Source: an uncultured Candidatus Bathyarchaeia archaeon (GTDB lineage Archaea; Thermoproteota; Bathyarchaeia; Hecatellales; Hecatellaceae). From it: a stretch of DNA of 64,000 bases. Made by a program: the position numbers and the translations under genes. The stretch is from positions 3,994-67,993 of the forward strand of contig CAZMUQ010000001.1 in the NCBI GenBank assembly GCA_964569845.1, read 5' to 3'. Positions 15,952 to 25,737 of this stretch are shown here, piece after piece. How positions within the stretch are numbered: the first letter of the stretch is position 1; every line of letters begins with the position of its first letter. The notes beneath the pieces were generated by a model. The model worked only from the letters and a program-made list of their open reading frames with translations. It ran no database searches and was not told where the DNA came from.

Positions 15952-17091
15952 GTGCCTATGTCCTTTAAAAATTTAACCTCAAACAGTAATCTACGTGAAG
16001 TTTTTCTCTTACTTGATAAGCTTGGAGAATACTCCTTTGAAGTTGGTCCTATAAGACCTCCAAGTGAAGGTGGAAGCTTTTCTCTGCTTTTAAGGGTTAC
16101 AAGAAATTGTCCCTGGCGGTTATGTAGCTTTTGCTATGGCACTCCTTATGGCAGAGCAAAATTTGAGTTAAGGCCTGTTGATGAGGTTAAAAAAGATATA
16201 GATAATGTTAAAGCAATTATTGATTTGCTAACAAAGATATCTTTTAAACTTGGTTTGGATGGAAAAATTAACTGGAATCTTTGGAGAATTATTTCAACTC
16301 TAGATCCAACATTAAACTACAATTTTAACGTAGTAAACATCATCAACTGGATTTCCTCGGGAGGAAAAACAGTTTTCCTTCAGGATGCAGATAGCTTAAT
16401 AATTCCAGCTAAAGATTTAGCTGAAATATTAAAGTATATTAAGTTAGTTTTTCCGCAAGTTAGAAGAATAACATCTTATGCTAGAGCTAAAACACTTTCA
16501 AGAAAAAGTTTTGAAGATTTAAAGCTTCTACGTGAAGCAGGTCTTTCTAGGCTTCATGTTGGTTTAGAAAGTGGGGATGATGAAGTTTTAAGATTAATTA
16601 ATAAGGGTGTAACTGCAGAAGAGCATATAAAAGCTGGAAGCCTTGTTATTAAGGCTGGAATAGAGCTATCTGAATATGTTATGCCTGGTGTTGCAGGTAA
16701 AGAATTGTCTGAACAACATGCTAAAAATACTGCTAGGGTATTAAACACTATAAATCCTAACTATGTAAGAATGAGAACTTTTGTTCCTATAGCTGGGACA
16801 CCTCTCTACAAGGAATATAAGGAAGGCCGCTTTAAACTTCTCTCCCCTCATGAATGTTTGATGGAGATTAGAGTTATGGTTGAAAACTTAAATATTAATG
16901 GGAAATTATGCTTTGACCATTTTGCAAACCCTTCATTTAAAGGTAATATTCCAGTTTTTAGGCAGGATTATGAAGGTTATAAACTTCCAGAAGAAAAACA
17001 GCTAATCTTAGAAACTATAGATAAGTCGTTAAAGATTGATGAATCAAAGTTCAGGTGGACTGAAGAACTTGTAGGTTTAGGGCATCTCTAA
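15952..17091 (+). CDS. radical SAM protein with non-canonical Cx4Cx2C cluster spacing (ELP3/YhcC-like archaeal subfamily)
   Basis: The Fe-S motif is RNCPWRLCSFCYG. The radical SAM core has a glycine-rich SAM-binding region (VFLQDADSL, HVGLESGDDEVL). It is 379 aa long. Confidence 0.65.
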   Translation: MPMSFKNLTSNSNLREVFLLLDKLGEYSFEVGPIRPPSEGGSFSLLLRVTRNCPWRLCSFCYGTPYGRAKFELRPVDEVKKDIDNVKAIIDLLTKISFKLGLDGKINWNLWRIISTLDPTLNYNFNVVNIINWISSGGKTVFLQDADSLIIPAKDLAEILKYIKLVFPQVRRITSYARAKTLSRKSFEDLKLLREAGLSRLHVGLESGDDEVLRLINKGVTAEEHIKAGSLVIKAGIELSEYVMPGVAGKELSEQHAKNTARVLNTINPNYVRMRTFVPIAGTPLYKEYKEGRFKLLSPHECLMEIRVMVENLNINGKLCFDHFANPSFKGNIPVFRQDYEGYKLPEEKQLILETIDKSLKIDESKFRWTEELVGLGHL

Positions 17092-17139
17092 AAACTTATT
17101 TAATACTTCCCTTTAGAAAATGTTGTTAGTTGTGAGATT

Positions 17140-18255
17140 ATGGTTAAAGGGTTCAAAATTCTCCTAACAGTTTTAATAGCTACCTTTATCCTAATTTCTA
17201 CTCCTATTCTGCATACTCTATCTCAAACTCAAAATATGTATGAACCTCAAAAATTAACTTTTGAGGTTTATCCTGATGGTTTTGTTTTTATTGATTATAC
17301 AGTAAAAGTGGACCCTACACTGTCAACTGTAAATGTTACATGTTTTGGGGTAAACTATGAAAACCTTATAGTTCTAGATGAAAATGAGACTCCATTAGAT
17401 TATGTTCAAGTGGACGGTAATATAACTGTATATAGTTTAGGTTCAAGTATAGTTCATATATTTTACCTTACAGGAGATTTAACAAAGAAATCTGGAAAGA
17501 TGTGGATTTTTAGTGTTGAATCACCAATTACTAACACAATCATTCTTCCAGCTGAAGCTGTAATAATAAGTTTGAATGATGTTCCGGTTGATATTAAAAC
17601 TCTGGATGATGGAAGAAAAATGCTTACGATGCCTAAAGGCCCCATTGAAATATCCTATATGATTGAAGTTACAGGAACAAAAGATTATGCATTACTTCGT
17701 ATTAAGGAGGCTGAATCAGCAGTAAAAAAAGCTGAGGACGAGGGAAGGGTAATAGGTTTAGATGAAGCAAAGCAACTTTTAGATGAAGCAAAAAACGAGT
17801 ATGAAAAAGGCAACTATCTTGAAGCTGGAAAGATAGCAGAAAAAGCTAAGGAAGCTGCAGATAAAGCAGCTGCACCAGTACAATTAGGAACAATACTAAC
17901 TTATTTTGCTACTTTTATCATACTTCTAATTTTAGCTGGAATCTTAGCCTACAAGTTTCTGCTTAAAAAAGGTGGATCTAAAAGTGGACATGTTAAGGAA
18001 GTTTTTGCTGTAAACTTAGATAAGATTTTTAGGCAAAATCCCCAGCTAAGATTAGAGGATAAGGAGGTTTTAGAATTTATAGCTAATAGTGGTGGAGAAG
18101 TTTTTGAAGCTGAAATCAGGGAGAAATTTAAACTTCCAAAAACAACAGTTTGGAGAATGATTCAAAGACTTAAAAAAGAAGGAATTATTGAAGTATTAAA
18201 AATCGGCGGCCAAAACCTTATACGTGTAAAGCAAAAATATCGATTACAAGGTTAA
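17140..18255 (+). CDS. two-transmembrane membrane protein with an N-terminal extracellular beta-rich domain and a C-terminal cytoplasmic winged-helix (MarR/TrmB-like) domain
   Basis: Residues 5-25 form a hydrophobic anchor. A roughly 220-aa domain carrying N-glycosylation-like sequons follows, then an Ala/Lys/Glu-rich coiled coil and a second transmembrane helix ([23 protein letters not shown]). The C-terminal segment [48 protein letters not shown] resembles a winged helix-turn-helix. Confidence 0.6.
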   Translation: MVKGFKILLTVLIATFILISTPILHTLSQTQNMYEPQKLTFEVYPDGFVFIDYTVKVDPTLSTVNVTCFGVNYENLIVLDENETPLDYVQVDGNITVYSLGSSIVHIFYLTGDLTKKSGKMWIFSVESPITNTIILPAEAVIISLNDVPVDIKTLDDGRKMLTMPKGPIEISYMIEVTGTKDYALLRIKEAESAVKKAEDEGRVIGLDEAKQLLDEAKNEYEKGNYLEAGKIAEKAKEAADKAAAPVQLGTILTYFATFIILLILAGILAYKFLLKKGGSKSGHVKEVFAVNLDKIFRQNPQLRLEDKEVLEFIANSGGEVFEAEIREKFKLPKTTVWRMIQRLKKEGIIEVLKIGGQNLIRVKQKYRLQG

Positions 18256-18668
18256 TTCTTTTCTTCTTTTTTTAAACTTAAAATTCTGTATGCAAGCCAA
18301 GCTGCATTTTCAGCATTATTTATACCTACACATGCAACAGGAACACCTCTAGGCATTTGGACTATGGAAAGTAGCGCGTCAAGCCCTCCAAGCTGAACAT
18401 TTAAAGGTACCCCTATAACAGGTTTATCTGTTCTTGATGCTATAAAACCAGGTAAATGTGCTGAAAGCCCTGCTATACCTATAAAAACATCAGCATTACA
18501 GCTTTCAATATATTCTTCAAGTTCTTTAGGATTTCTATGGGCAGATAAAACTTTAACTTCGTAGGTTATTCCAACTTTTTCTAGTACCTTTATAGCTTCC
18601 TCAGCCACACTTTTATCTCTTTCACTTCCAAGGATGATTGCAACTTTACCCTTCAATTTAACTTTCAC
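18252..18668 (-). CDS. purE: N5-carboxyaminoimidazole ribonucleotide mutase / AIR carboxylase catalytic subunit
   Basis: The 138-aa PurE fold is present, with [10 protein letters not shown] and the SAHR motif (KVLSAHRNP). Confidence 0.9.
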   Translation of the reverse strand: MKVKLKGKVAIILGSERDKSVAEEAIKVLEKVGITYEVKVLSAHRNPKELEEYIESCNADVFIGIAGLSAHLPGFIASRTDKPVIGVPLNVQLGGLDALLSIVQMPRGVPVACVGINNAENAAWLAYRILSLKKEEKN

Positions 18669-20147
18669 CTATGCCTCTAAAATAATTTTACCTCTTTTAG
18701 GTATCCACTCTATTGTTTTACCTATAAGCTTCTTTTTTAACCTATACTTGTATACCCCTCTTACAATGTTTGCTTGTTCTATCCTTTTCTCTAAGAGTTC
18801 TTTTGAACCTATATCACTCCTATGAAAAGTCCCCCAACCATCTTTAAGCCAAACATAAGGTATACATTTTTCAACAATATCTCCAGCCTCAATAATGCTT
18901 TCACCTTTACCAAAAATTTCAACAAGTCTAGAACCACCTGAAATCATTTCACCATTGCTTTTTAAGTCTATTGAGCCATAGTAAACTTTACATCCCTTCT
19001 TCTTTATAGCCTCCTCATCAATATATACAGGGTGACCCTTAGCTAACTCTCTTTCTTCAGGATAACCTTTTGGTGCTATACATTTTACAACTGTAGCTAC
19101 GTTTTCAAACTTAAGTTTAATTTTATTTAGCTTCTCATCGATTATAGCTTCACAAATTTCAACCATATCTGTTTCCATTATTGGAAGAACATTTACAGCT
19201 TCAGGATCACCAAATCTACTATAAAATTCTATTATTGTTGGACCCCAGCTGGCAGTACACATCATTTGCCCTGAAATAACACCCTTATACTTTTCACCCA
19301 CCTCTTTTTCCACGGCTTTAACGCAAGCTTCAACAATTTTAGTTGATGCTTCATATTCCTCCTTAGTAATAAATGGTAAAAGTTTACCCTTTCCTGCTAT
19401 AGAACCCATACCTCCAGTTTCAGGGCCAATATCCATTTCAAACGCATTTTTATTATCCTGAACAAGGGGTAGAGGCTTAATTGTTCTACCATCAGTAAAA
19501 GCTTGGAGAGTATATTCCGGACCTTCAACTCTCTCTTCAACTAAAATTCTATCCTCAATATCTGTAAAACCATGCATGTAAACTTCATCTATAGCCTTAA
19601 CATGTTTTTCCTTAACATGTGTTTTTTCAGACCTGAGATAAGCTTGAAGGTCAGCTATAACTTTAACTCCTTTACCTCCTGCCTGCCTAGCAGGTTTTAA
19701 AGCTACACTTTCAGCATACTCTTTAATATATGAGACAGCCTCATCAACACTTTTAAAAGCCTTAAATCTAAGCCTTCCTGGAACTTTATACTTCCACATA
19801 AGTCTTCTCATGAAAGCTTTGGACATCTCAATTTCAGCTGGCTTACGCTTAGCTCCAATACACGGTATTCCTACTTCTTCAAGCTTATCAGCAACCCCAT
19901 GAAATAAAGGTTCTTCAGGACCTACAAAAACAAAGTCAACCTTAAATTTCTTAGCTGCCTCAACAACAAATTCAGGGTTTTTCGAGTTTCCAAGTGAAAT
20001 ATCTCCACCTGTTTTTTTACAAAGATTATAGATACCTGGATTGTTTAAACTCATAGCTGCATAAAGTTTAGGTTCATATGAACTTCTGGATATAGCATCA
20101 GCTATCGCATGTTCTCGAGCACCTTCACCTACAAGTAAAATACGCAA
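18669..20147 (-). CDS. purD: phosphoribosylamine-glycine ligase (GAR synthetase)
   Basis: It has the ATP-grasp fold, the N-terminal MRILLVGEGAREHAIA segment and the GVISGQMMCT region. The 492-aa length matches the long archaeal form. Confidence 0.9.
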   Translation of the reverse strand: MRILLVGEGAREHAIADAISRSSYEPKLYAAMSLNNPGIYNLCKKTGGDISLGNSKNPEFVVEAAKKFKVDFVFVGPEEPLFHGVADKLEEVGIPCIGAKRKPAEIEMSKAFMRRLMWKYKVPGRLRFKAFKSVDEAVSYIKEYAESVALKPARQAGGKGVKVIADLQAYLRSEKTHVKEKHVKAIDEVYMHGFTDIEDRILVEERVEGPEYTLQAFTDGRTIKPLPLVQDNKNAFEMDIGPETGGMGSIAGKGKLLPFITKEEYEASTKIVEACVKAVEKEVGEKYKGVISGQMMCTASWGPTIIEFYSRFGDPEAVNVLPIMETDMVEICEAIIDEKLNKIKLKFENVATVVKCIAPKGYPEERELAKGHPVYIDEEAIKKKGCKVYYGSIDLKSNGEMISGGSRLVEIFGKGESIIEAGDIVEKCIPYVWLKDGWGTFHRSDIGSKELLEKRIEQANIVRGVYKYRLKKKLIGKTIEWIPKRGKIILEA

Positions 20148-20154
20148 ATATTTC

Positions 20155-20709
20155 TCACCTTTTTAATACTTTATCTTTTTCTAAGAGAAGTTCAAGGTAG
20201 GTTTTATCCTCCAATTTTTTATCATGCAAATTTAACTTTAAAAGCACCCTTTTTACATTTTCTACTACTTTTTTACGTTCATCTTCATCTTTAGCAAACC
20301 CCTCAATTTCAACAAAACTTCCAAGATTTTCAACATTATCTAAGTTAATTTTTAAATTCTCAAGCTTGAAACTTTTTCTTATCTTTTTAACTAAGTAAAC
20401 AGGTTTAAAATCAAGTTTTTCTAGGATAAGCCTGATTACATTGAAATCTTCAACCTTAACTTCTAATTCTTCCCTAGTTTTTGCTTGGCTATTTAATCTG
20501 CAACCCTTATAAGTTAAAAAACATTTACCATTTGACCTTCTAATTCTTAAGGCTTCATCTGTTGTTACAAAATTTTTATGTGGAGCATTAAAGTATAAAT
20601 CCTCTTGGACTCCATACTCTACTTCATCTGCTCCAAGTTTTTTAAGGTCTTCTTCAACTTTAGCTAAATTCTCAACTTTAATCTTAACCTCAACCTCAAA
20701 CTTAACCAA
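20155..20709 (-). CDS. CYTH-domain protein (triphosphate tunnel metalloenzyme; class IV adenylate cyclase/thiamine-triphosphatase-like)
   Basis: The N-terminal EVEVKIKV segment is the ExExK signature. The 184-aa length fits. It is embedded in the pur operon between purD and the purF paralog. Confidence 0.75.
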   Translation of the reverse strand: MVKFEVEVKIKVENLAKVEEDLKKLGADEVEYGVQEDLYFNAPHKNFVTTDEALRIRRSNGKCFLTYKGCRLNSQAKTREELEVKVEDFNVIRLILEKLDFKPVYLVKKIRKSFKLENLKINLDNVENLGSFVEIEGFAKDEDERKKVVENVKRVLLKLNLHDKKLEDKTYLELLLEKDKVLKR

Positions 20710-20728
20710 TAATTATGCACCATAAAGT

Positions 20729-22069
20729 CTAGCTTATGTTTAAATATTTTCCAGTAAAACATCCCAAACAAAGATTTTGTTTAGGTATTCCTATAGCTTT
20801 TATTAAACCTTTAAGACTTAACCAGTAAAACGTATCTGCACCAACAACCTTGCTGACTTCTTTAGCTGTTAAATTTGCAGCTATAAGTTCATCTTTTTCA
20901 GGTACATCAGTACCATAAGGACAGGAAGCTATAAGTCTTGGGCTTCCAATTCTTACATGAACTTCCTTAGCTCCAATACGGTTCCTCATTTGGTATACTG
21001 TATTTTTTGTTGTTGTCCCTCTAACGACACTATCATCTATAAGAATAACTCTTTTACCAGTAATTGCAGCTTTTATAGGGTTAAGCTTAAGCTGAACACC
21101 AACCATACGTTCAAATTCTGAAGGTTTTATTGCACTTCTAATTCTTCTACCTGTTTGAACAAAACCTAAACCTAGAGGTATTCTAGCCTTATTTGAATAT
21201 GCCATAGCAAAAGGTATTGCAGTTTCAGGAACACCTAAAACAATATCCATCTTAGTTGTAGAGTGTTCTTCTGCAAGTATTTCTCCTATTTTCATTCTAA
21301 CCTCATAAACACTTTTACCGTTTATTATGGAGTCAGGTCTAGCATAATAAACATATTCAAATGAGCAGTATTTAGGTTGAGGTTTAAAAACCTGTTTTCT
21401 TTCAATGCTGTAAGCATCAAAAAGATAAACTTCTCCAGGTTGAATGTCTCCTTTAAAATCTGCACCAATAACATCCATTACACAACTTTCTGATGCAATA
21501 ACCCCATAATCAAAACCAAAACTTCCAATTGTTAATGGTTTAACGCCAAACTTATCCCTAGCAACAACCATTTCACCTTTATTTGTTAATGCTATAATAC
21601 AGTATACACCTTTAACTTTATTCATAACATTAATCATAGCTTTTAAGGGGTCTTTAACCTCCATAAGCTTAATGGAGAAGAATTTAGCTAGAAATTCATC
21701 TTCATCTTCAGCGTTTAAACCCTCCTTAGTGGAAATTTCTTTCCAATTTAATATTCTCCCATCATAACATAAAGCAACATTCTCAGGCTCAGAAACAATT
21801 ATAGGTTGAACCTTTTCTACAGAATTCTTAGGAGTAGAAGAAACGCTTCCAATACTAACCCATCCATGAAGATTTTCAAAAATTTTTTCGTTTGAAAAAA
21901 CCTGGTCTACCATGCCAAAACCCTTATAAGATGATAAACCTTCCCCGTTGAAGGTTACTATTCCGCAATTTTCTTGACCTCTATGTTGAAGAGCTAATAA
22001 TGCATAATATGCAAACCTAGCCATTCGCCACTCTTTGCTAAATCCGTAAATTCCTACAATTCCACCCAA
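20729..22069 (-). CDS. amidophosphoribosyltransferase paralog lacking the N-terminal nucleophile cysteine (PurF-like)
   Basis: The N-terminus is (M)GGIVGIYG, where Gly replaces Cys1. The Ntn glutaminase-like domain, the PRTase motif VILIDDSVVRGTT and C-terminal Cys residues (CLGCFTGKY) are otherwise conserved. It begins at a TTG, 2 codons after the purF TGA stop and in the same frame. Confidence 0.8.
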   Translation of the reverse strand: MGGIVGIYGFSKEWRMARFAYYALLALQHRGQENCGIVTFNGEGLSSYKGFGMVDQVFSNEKIFENLHGWVSIGSVSSTPKNSVEKVQPIIVSEPENVALCYDGRILNWKEISTKEGLNAEDEDEFLAKFFSIKLMEVKDPLKAMINVMNKVKGVYCIIALTNKGEMVVARDKFGVKPLTIGSFGFDYGVIASESCVMDVIGADFKGDIQPGEVYLFDAYSIERKQVFKPQPKYCSFEYVYYARPDSIINGKSVYEVRMKIGEILAEEHSTTKMDIVLGVPETAIPFAMAYSNKARIPLGLGFVQTGRRIRSAIKPSEFERMVGVQLKLNPIKAAITGKRVILIDDSVVRGTTTKNTVYQMRNRIGAKEVHVRIGSPRLIASCPYGTDVPEKDELIAANLTAKEVSKVVGADTFYWLSLKGLIKAIGIPKQNLCLGCFTGKYLNIS

Positions 22070-22075
22070 AAATTC

Positions 22076-23506
22076 TCACCCGTTTTCAAATTCAATGTAT
22101 CTAGCCTTACTTGTTGGACATTTTTTCTTCATCCTATCTGCAATTTCCTGAGCTTTTGGTGTAGGGTATTCTCCTGTTAAGCATGCTAAACATAGCTTAT
22201 CTTTTCCCATACCTATAGCCTCTATAAGTCCATCTATTGTTTGATAACCCAAACTATCTGCTCCAATAATTTTGCATATTTCTTCAATTGAATGTCTAAA
22301 GGCTATAAGCTCTCCGTGAGTTGAAATATCTATACCATAAAAACATGGAGAAATTATTGGGGGGCAGGTAATTCTTACATGAACTTCCTTAGCTCCAGCC
22401 TTCTTAATCATGTGAACAATATTCCTTATTGTAGTCCCCCTAACAATACTATCATCAACTAATATAACTCGTTGACCTTTAAGAACAGATTTAAGGGGAT
22501 TAAGCTTAATTTTAACAGCATTTTCTCTGAGAGATTGTCTAGGCATAATAAAGGTTCTATGGATATACCTATTTTTTATTAAACCTTCAGCAACAGGAAG
22601 ACCACTATAGCGAGCTATTCCTTCAGCTGCAGGTCTTGAGGTATCTGGAACAGGAACAACAACATCAGCATCATTTTCATAAGTTTTTGCAAGATTTAAT
22701 CCAAGCTTAACTCTTACATCATAAACACTTATACCTTCAATTATAGAGTCAGGTCTGCTAAAATATACATATTCAAACATACAGTAAGCTTTTTCTTTAC
22801 GTTTAGCAAAACATTTTCTTTCAATTTTTCCATCTGAGATTAGTAAAGCTTCACCTGGTTGAACATCAGAAATCAAATTTCCGCCACACATATCTATTGC
22901 AACACTCTCAGAAGCCCCTACAAAACTTCCATCAATTTCTCCGTAACATAAAGGTTTAAAACCGTATGGATCTCTAAAAATAATGATTTCTCCTTTACCT
23001 GTTAAACATACAGCTGAGTATGCACCCTCAATAACTTTATCCATTTCTGAGAGTGCATCAAAGTAATCTTTTCTTTCCCTATATTCGCGTAATAAAACAT
23101 TTAATAGAACTTCTGCATCACATGTTGAGGTAAAGTATGCACCATTTTTCTTTAATTTTTCTCTAATCTCAACATAGTTAACTATTGTGCCATTATAAGA
23201 TAAAGCTACATTATCAAGATTAAATGGTTGAGCATCAGTTAAACTTGTACCTCCAGCAGTTGAATATCTTACATGTCCAATTCCAACTCTACCATTAAGC
23301 ATTGATATCTCAGTAAACGGTAAAGCTTCACTAACAAGTCCATAACCTTTTTTTAAAAATATTTTGTCGTCACCATTTGTAAGAGCAATACCTGCAGCTT
23401 CTTGACCTCTATGCTGTAAAGCCATAAGTCCATAGAATATTTTTGCAGCTACACTTTCTCCCGTTTTACCATATATTCCAATAACTCCGCATGATTCCCT
23501 GACCAA
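22076..23506 (-). CDS. purF: amidophosphoribosyltransferase (glutamine PRPP amidotransferase) with a short propeptide
   Basis: The N-terminus MVRESCGVIGIYG is a 5-aa propeptide before the catalytic Cys. It has the PRTase motif VILVDDSIVRGTT and the [4Fe-4S] Cys ligands (CLACLTGEYP). Confidence 0.9.
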   Translation of the reverse strand: MVRESCGVIGIYGKTGESVAAKIFYGLMALQHRGQEAAGIALTNGDDKIFLKKGYGLVSEALPFTEISMLNGRVGIGHVRYSTAGGTSLTDAQPFNLDNVALSYNGTIVNYVEIREKLKKNGAYFTSTCDAEVLLNVLLREYRERKDYFDALSEMDKVIEGAYSAVCLTGKGEIIIFRDPYGFKPLCYGEIDGSFVGASESVAIDMCGGNLISDVQPGEALLISDGKIERKCFAKRKEKAYCMFEYVYFSRPDSIIEGISVYDVRVKLGLNLAKTYENDADVVVPVPDTSRPAAEGIARYSGLPVAEGLIKNRYIHRTFIMPRQSLRENAVKIKLNPLKSVLKGQRVILVDDSIVRGTTIRNIVHMIKKAGAKEVHVRITCPPIISPCFYGIDISTHGELIAFRHSIEEICKIIGADSLGYQTIDGLIEAIGMGKDKLCLACLTGEYPTPKAQEIADRMKKKCPTSKARYIEFENG

Positions 23507-23508
23507 CC

Positions 23509-25671
23509 CTAGCTAACCTCCATAATTTTTGGTATTGATTCCTCCCAAATGCTTCTTAAAGCATTAACAGAACATTCCACTATTTTTTTATCAAGATTTT
23601 GTAGAATAAAATTGTCATTATCATAAACTTTACCTATAATAGCTGCGGATATTCCATTCTTGACAGCAAGATTGATAATTTCTTCAGCATTTTCAATTTT
23701 ATCTGTGGTTAAGATAACTCTTCCATATGATTCAGAAAAAATAAGTTCATCTAAACTTGAAATCTTTTTTGATGGAATTTTTTCAAGGTCTACCTTTACA
23801 CCTAAACCTCCATTTATGGCCATTAAGGCTAAAGCTATAGCTAAACCTCCTTTTGAGCAATCATGAGCAGCTGTGACAAGCCCCATTTTAATAGCATTTT
23901 TAACAACATTCAAAACTCCAGCCTCTTTTAATCCATCAGCTTTTGGAGGTTTACCCCCAGTTAACCCGTAAATCTCATGGTAGTATTCTGAGCCTCCAAG
24001 TTCAGGGTAAGTTTCACCCAAAATTAAAATAAAATCTCCATGATTTTTTAAGCCTATAGTGGTTATAGATTCAAGTTTTTCAATTAACCCAAGCATTACA
24101 ACAACAATTGAAGGTTTAACAGCAAATCCTGATTCCTCATCCTCATTATAAAAGCTAACATTACCTCCAACGCATGGAATATTAAGCATACGGCTCATAT
24201 AGGCTAAACCTTCAATTCCACGTTTAAATTGCCAAAAAATTTCAGGTTTCTCCGGGTTACCAAAATTACAACAATCAGTGTAGGCTAATGGTTCAGCTCC
24301 TACGCAAGCAACATTTCTCGCAGCTTCAGCAAGTGTACCTGCTGAACCATTAAATGGATCTAAATAACTGTGGCGGCTATTACAATCAGCTTTAACCGCT
24401 ATAGCTTTACCGGGAACTTCAGTAATCCTAATAACAGCAGCATCTGCTACACCAGGCTTAACTATAGTTCTTAATCCTACTTCATGGTCATATTGCTCAT
24501 AGATCCATCTTTTAGATGCTATGTTTGGTTTTGAGAGAAGTTTATAAACGATTTCTGAAAGGTTTTCTGGTGTTTTAGGTTTTTCGAAGTTTAAAACCTC
24601 TTTAGGGAAAAATTTTTGACTTTTTCTTCTACTTATTGGAGTTTCTGTTAAAAGTTTTGGAGGGATTTCTGCTACTACCTTGCCGTTAAACTTTACAATA
24701 AGTTTTTTATCTCCTATAACTTTCCCAATAATAGAGTATGGAATTTCATATTTCTTAAAAACTTCTAAAACGTTTTCCACTCCATTAGGGTCGACAGCGA
24801 GAATCATTCTTTCCTGTGACTCTGAAAGCATAAGTTCGTAAGCTGTCATACCTTCCTCTCTTACATGAACATTATCTAAGATTATTTCTGCACCTAAATC
24901 TCCCTTACTAGCCATTTCAGAAGTTGCGCAAGTTAACCCTCCTCCTCCAAGATCCTTCAAGCTATGCACATAACCTGTTTCTAAGGCTTCTAAAATAGCT
25001 TCAATAAGAAGTTTTTTTGTGAAAGGATCTCCGATTTGGACAGATGGTCTATCTTCTTCTGATTCTTCACCTATTGTTTTTGATGCAAATGTTACACCAT
25101 GAATTCCATCTCTGCCTGTTGCTCCTCCAACTAAGACTAAGATATCTCCTGGATTTGTAAATTTTGCAAGAATTATCTTATCTTTTTTTACAACACCGTA
25201 ACATGCAACATTAACAAGACAATTTGTTTTAAAGCTTTCATCAAATTCTACTTCTCCGCCTACTGTTGGAATACCTACACAATTTCCATAGTCACTTATA
25301 CCTTTAACCACGTACCTAAAAAGCCATTTAACATGCCCATTGTTCAGATTCCCAAATCTTAATGAATCTAGAAGTAAAATTGGACGCGCACCTGTTGCAA
25401 GTATATCTCTTATAATTCCTCCAATACCTGTTGCAGCACCATTGTATGGTTCTATAGCTGATGGATGATTATGGCTTTCAACTTTGAAGGCAATGGCATA
25501 ACCATCACCTATATCAACAATTCCTGAATCAAATCCTGGTCCCATAATAACTTTCGGAGATTTTGTTGGAAGTTTTTTAAGCACAGGTTTACTACTTTTA
25601 TATGAGCAGTGCTCAGACCACATTATATCAAACATTCCCCATTCAACATCAGTAGGTTCTCTACCAAGCAT
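23509..25671 (-). CDS. purL: phosphoribosylformylglycinamidine synthase II (FGAM synthase large subunit)
   Basis: 720 aa with duplicated PurM-like domains. The N-terminus reads EWGMFDIMWSEHCSYKSSK. Confidence 0.9.
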   Translation of the reverse strand: MLGREPTDVEWGMFDIMWSEHCSYKSSKPVLKKLPTKSPKVIMGPGFDSGIVDIGDGYAIAFKVESHNHPSAIEPYNGAATGIGGIIRDILATGARPILLLDSLRFGNLNNGHVKWLFRYVVKGISDYGNCVGIPTVGGEVEFDESFKTNCLVNVACYGVVKKDKIILAKFTNPGDILVLVGGATGRDGIHGVTFASKTIGEESEEDRPSVQIGDPFTKKLLIEAILEALETGYVHSLKDLGGGGLTCATSEMASKGDLGAEIILDNVHVREEGMTAYELMLSESQERMILAVDPNGVENVLEVFKKYEIPYSIIGKVIGDKKLIVKFNGKVVAEIPPKLLTETPISRRKSQKFFPKEVLNFEKPKTPENLSEIVYKLLSKPNIASKRWIYEQYDHEVGLRTIVKPGVADAAVIRITEVPGKAIAVKADCNSRHSYLDPFNGSAGTLAEAARNVACVGAEPLAYTDCCNFGNPEKPEIFWQFKRGIEGLAYMSRMLNIPCVGGNVSFYNEDEESGFAVKPSIVVVMLGLIEKLESITTIGLKNHGDFILILGETYPELGGSEYYHEIYGLTGGKPPKADGLKEAGVLNVVKNAIKMGLVTAAHDCSKGGLAIALALMAINGGLGVKVDLEKIPSKKISSLDELIFSESYGRVILTTDKIENAEEIINLAVKNGISAAIIGKVYDNDNFILQNLDKKIVECSVNALRSIWEESIPKIMEVS

Positions 25672-25737
25672 TTTTCTGATTATTTTAATTTCCCTTTTTG
25701 TTAAGTTTACTTTAACTGGTATTTTTCTTCCTATTTC

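Noticed and set aside
16554-17645. Antisense ORFs 16554..16748(-) and 17463..17645(-) within the radical SAM and membrane-wHTH genes
   Set aside because: They are short antisense frames with no motifs.
22070-22078. Possibility that the two purF genes are one gene split by a sequencing error
   Set aside because: They are separated by a true in-frame TGA, not a frameshift. Each copy is a complete PurF-length protein (476 and 446 aa) with its own N-terminal glutaminase-type domain, so this is a tandem duplication rather than a split gene.
23660-23866. 68-aa plus-strand ORF inside purL
   Set aside because: It is antisense to a highly conserved gene.
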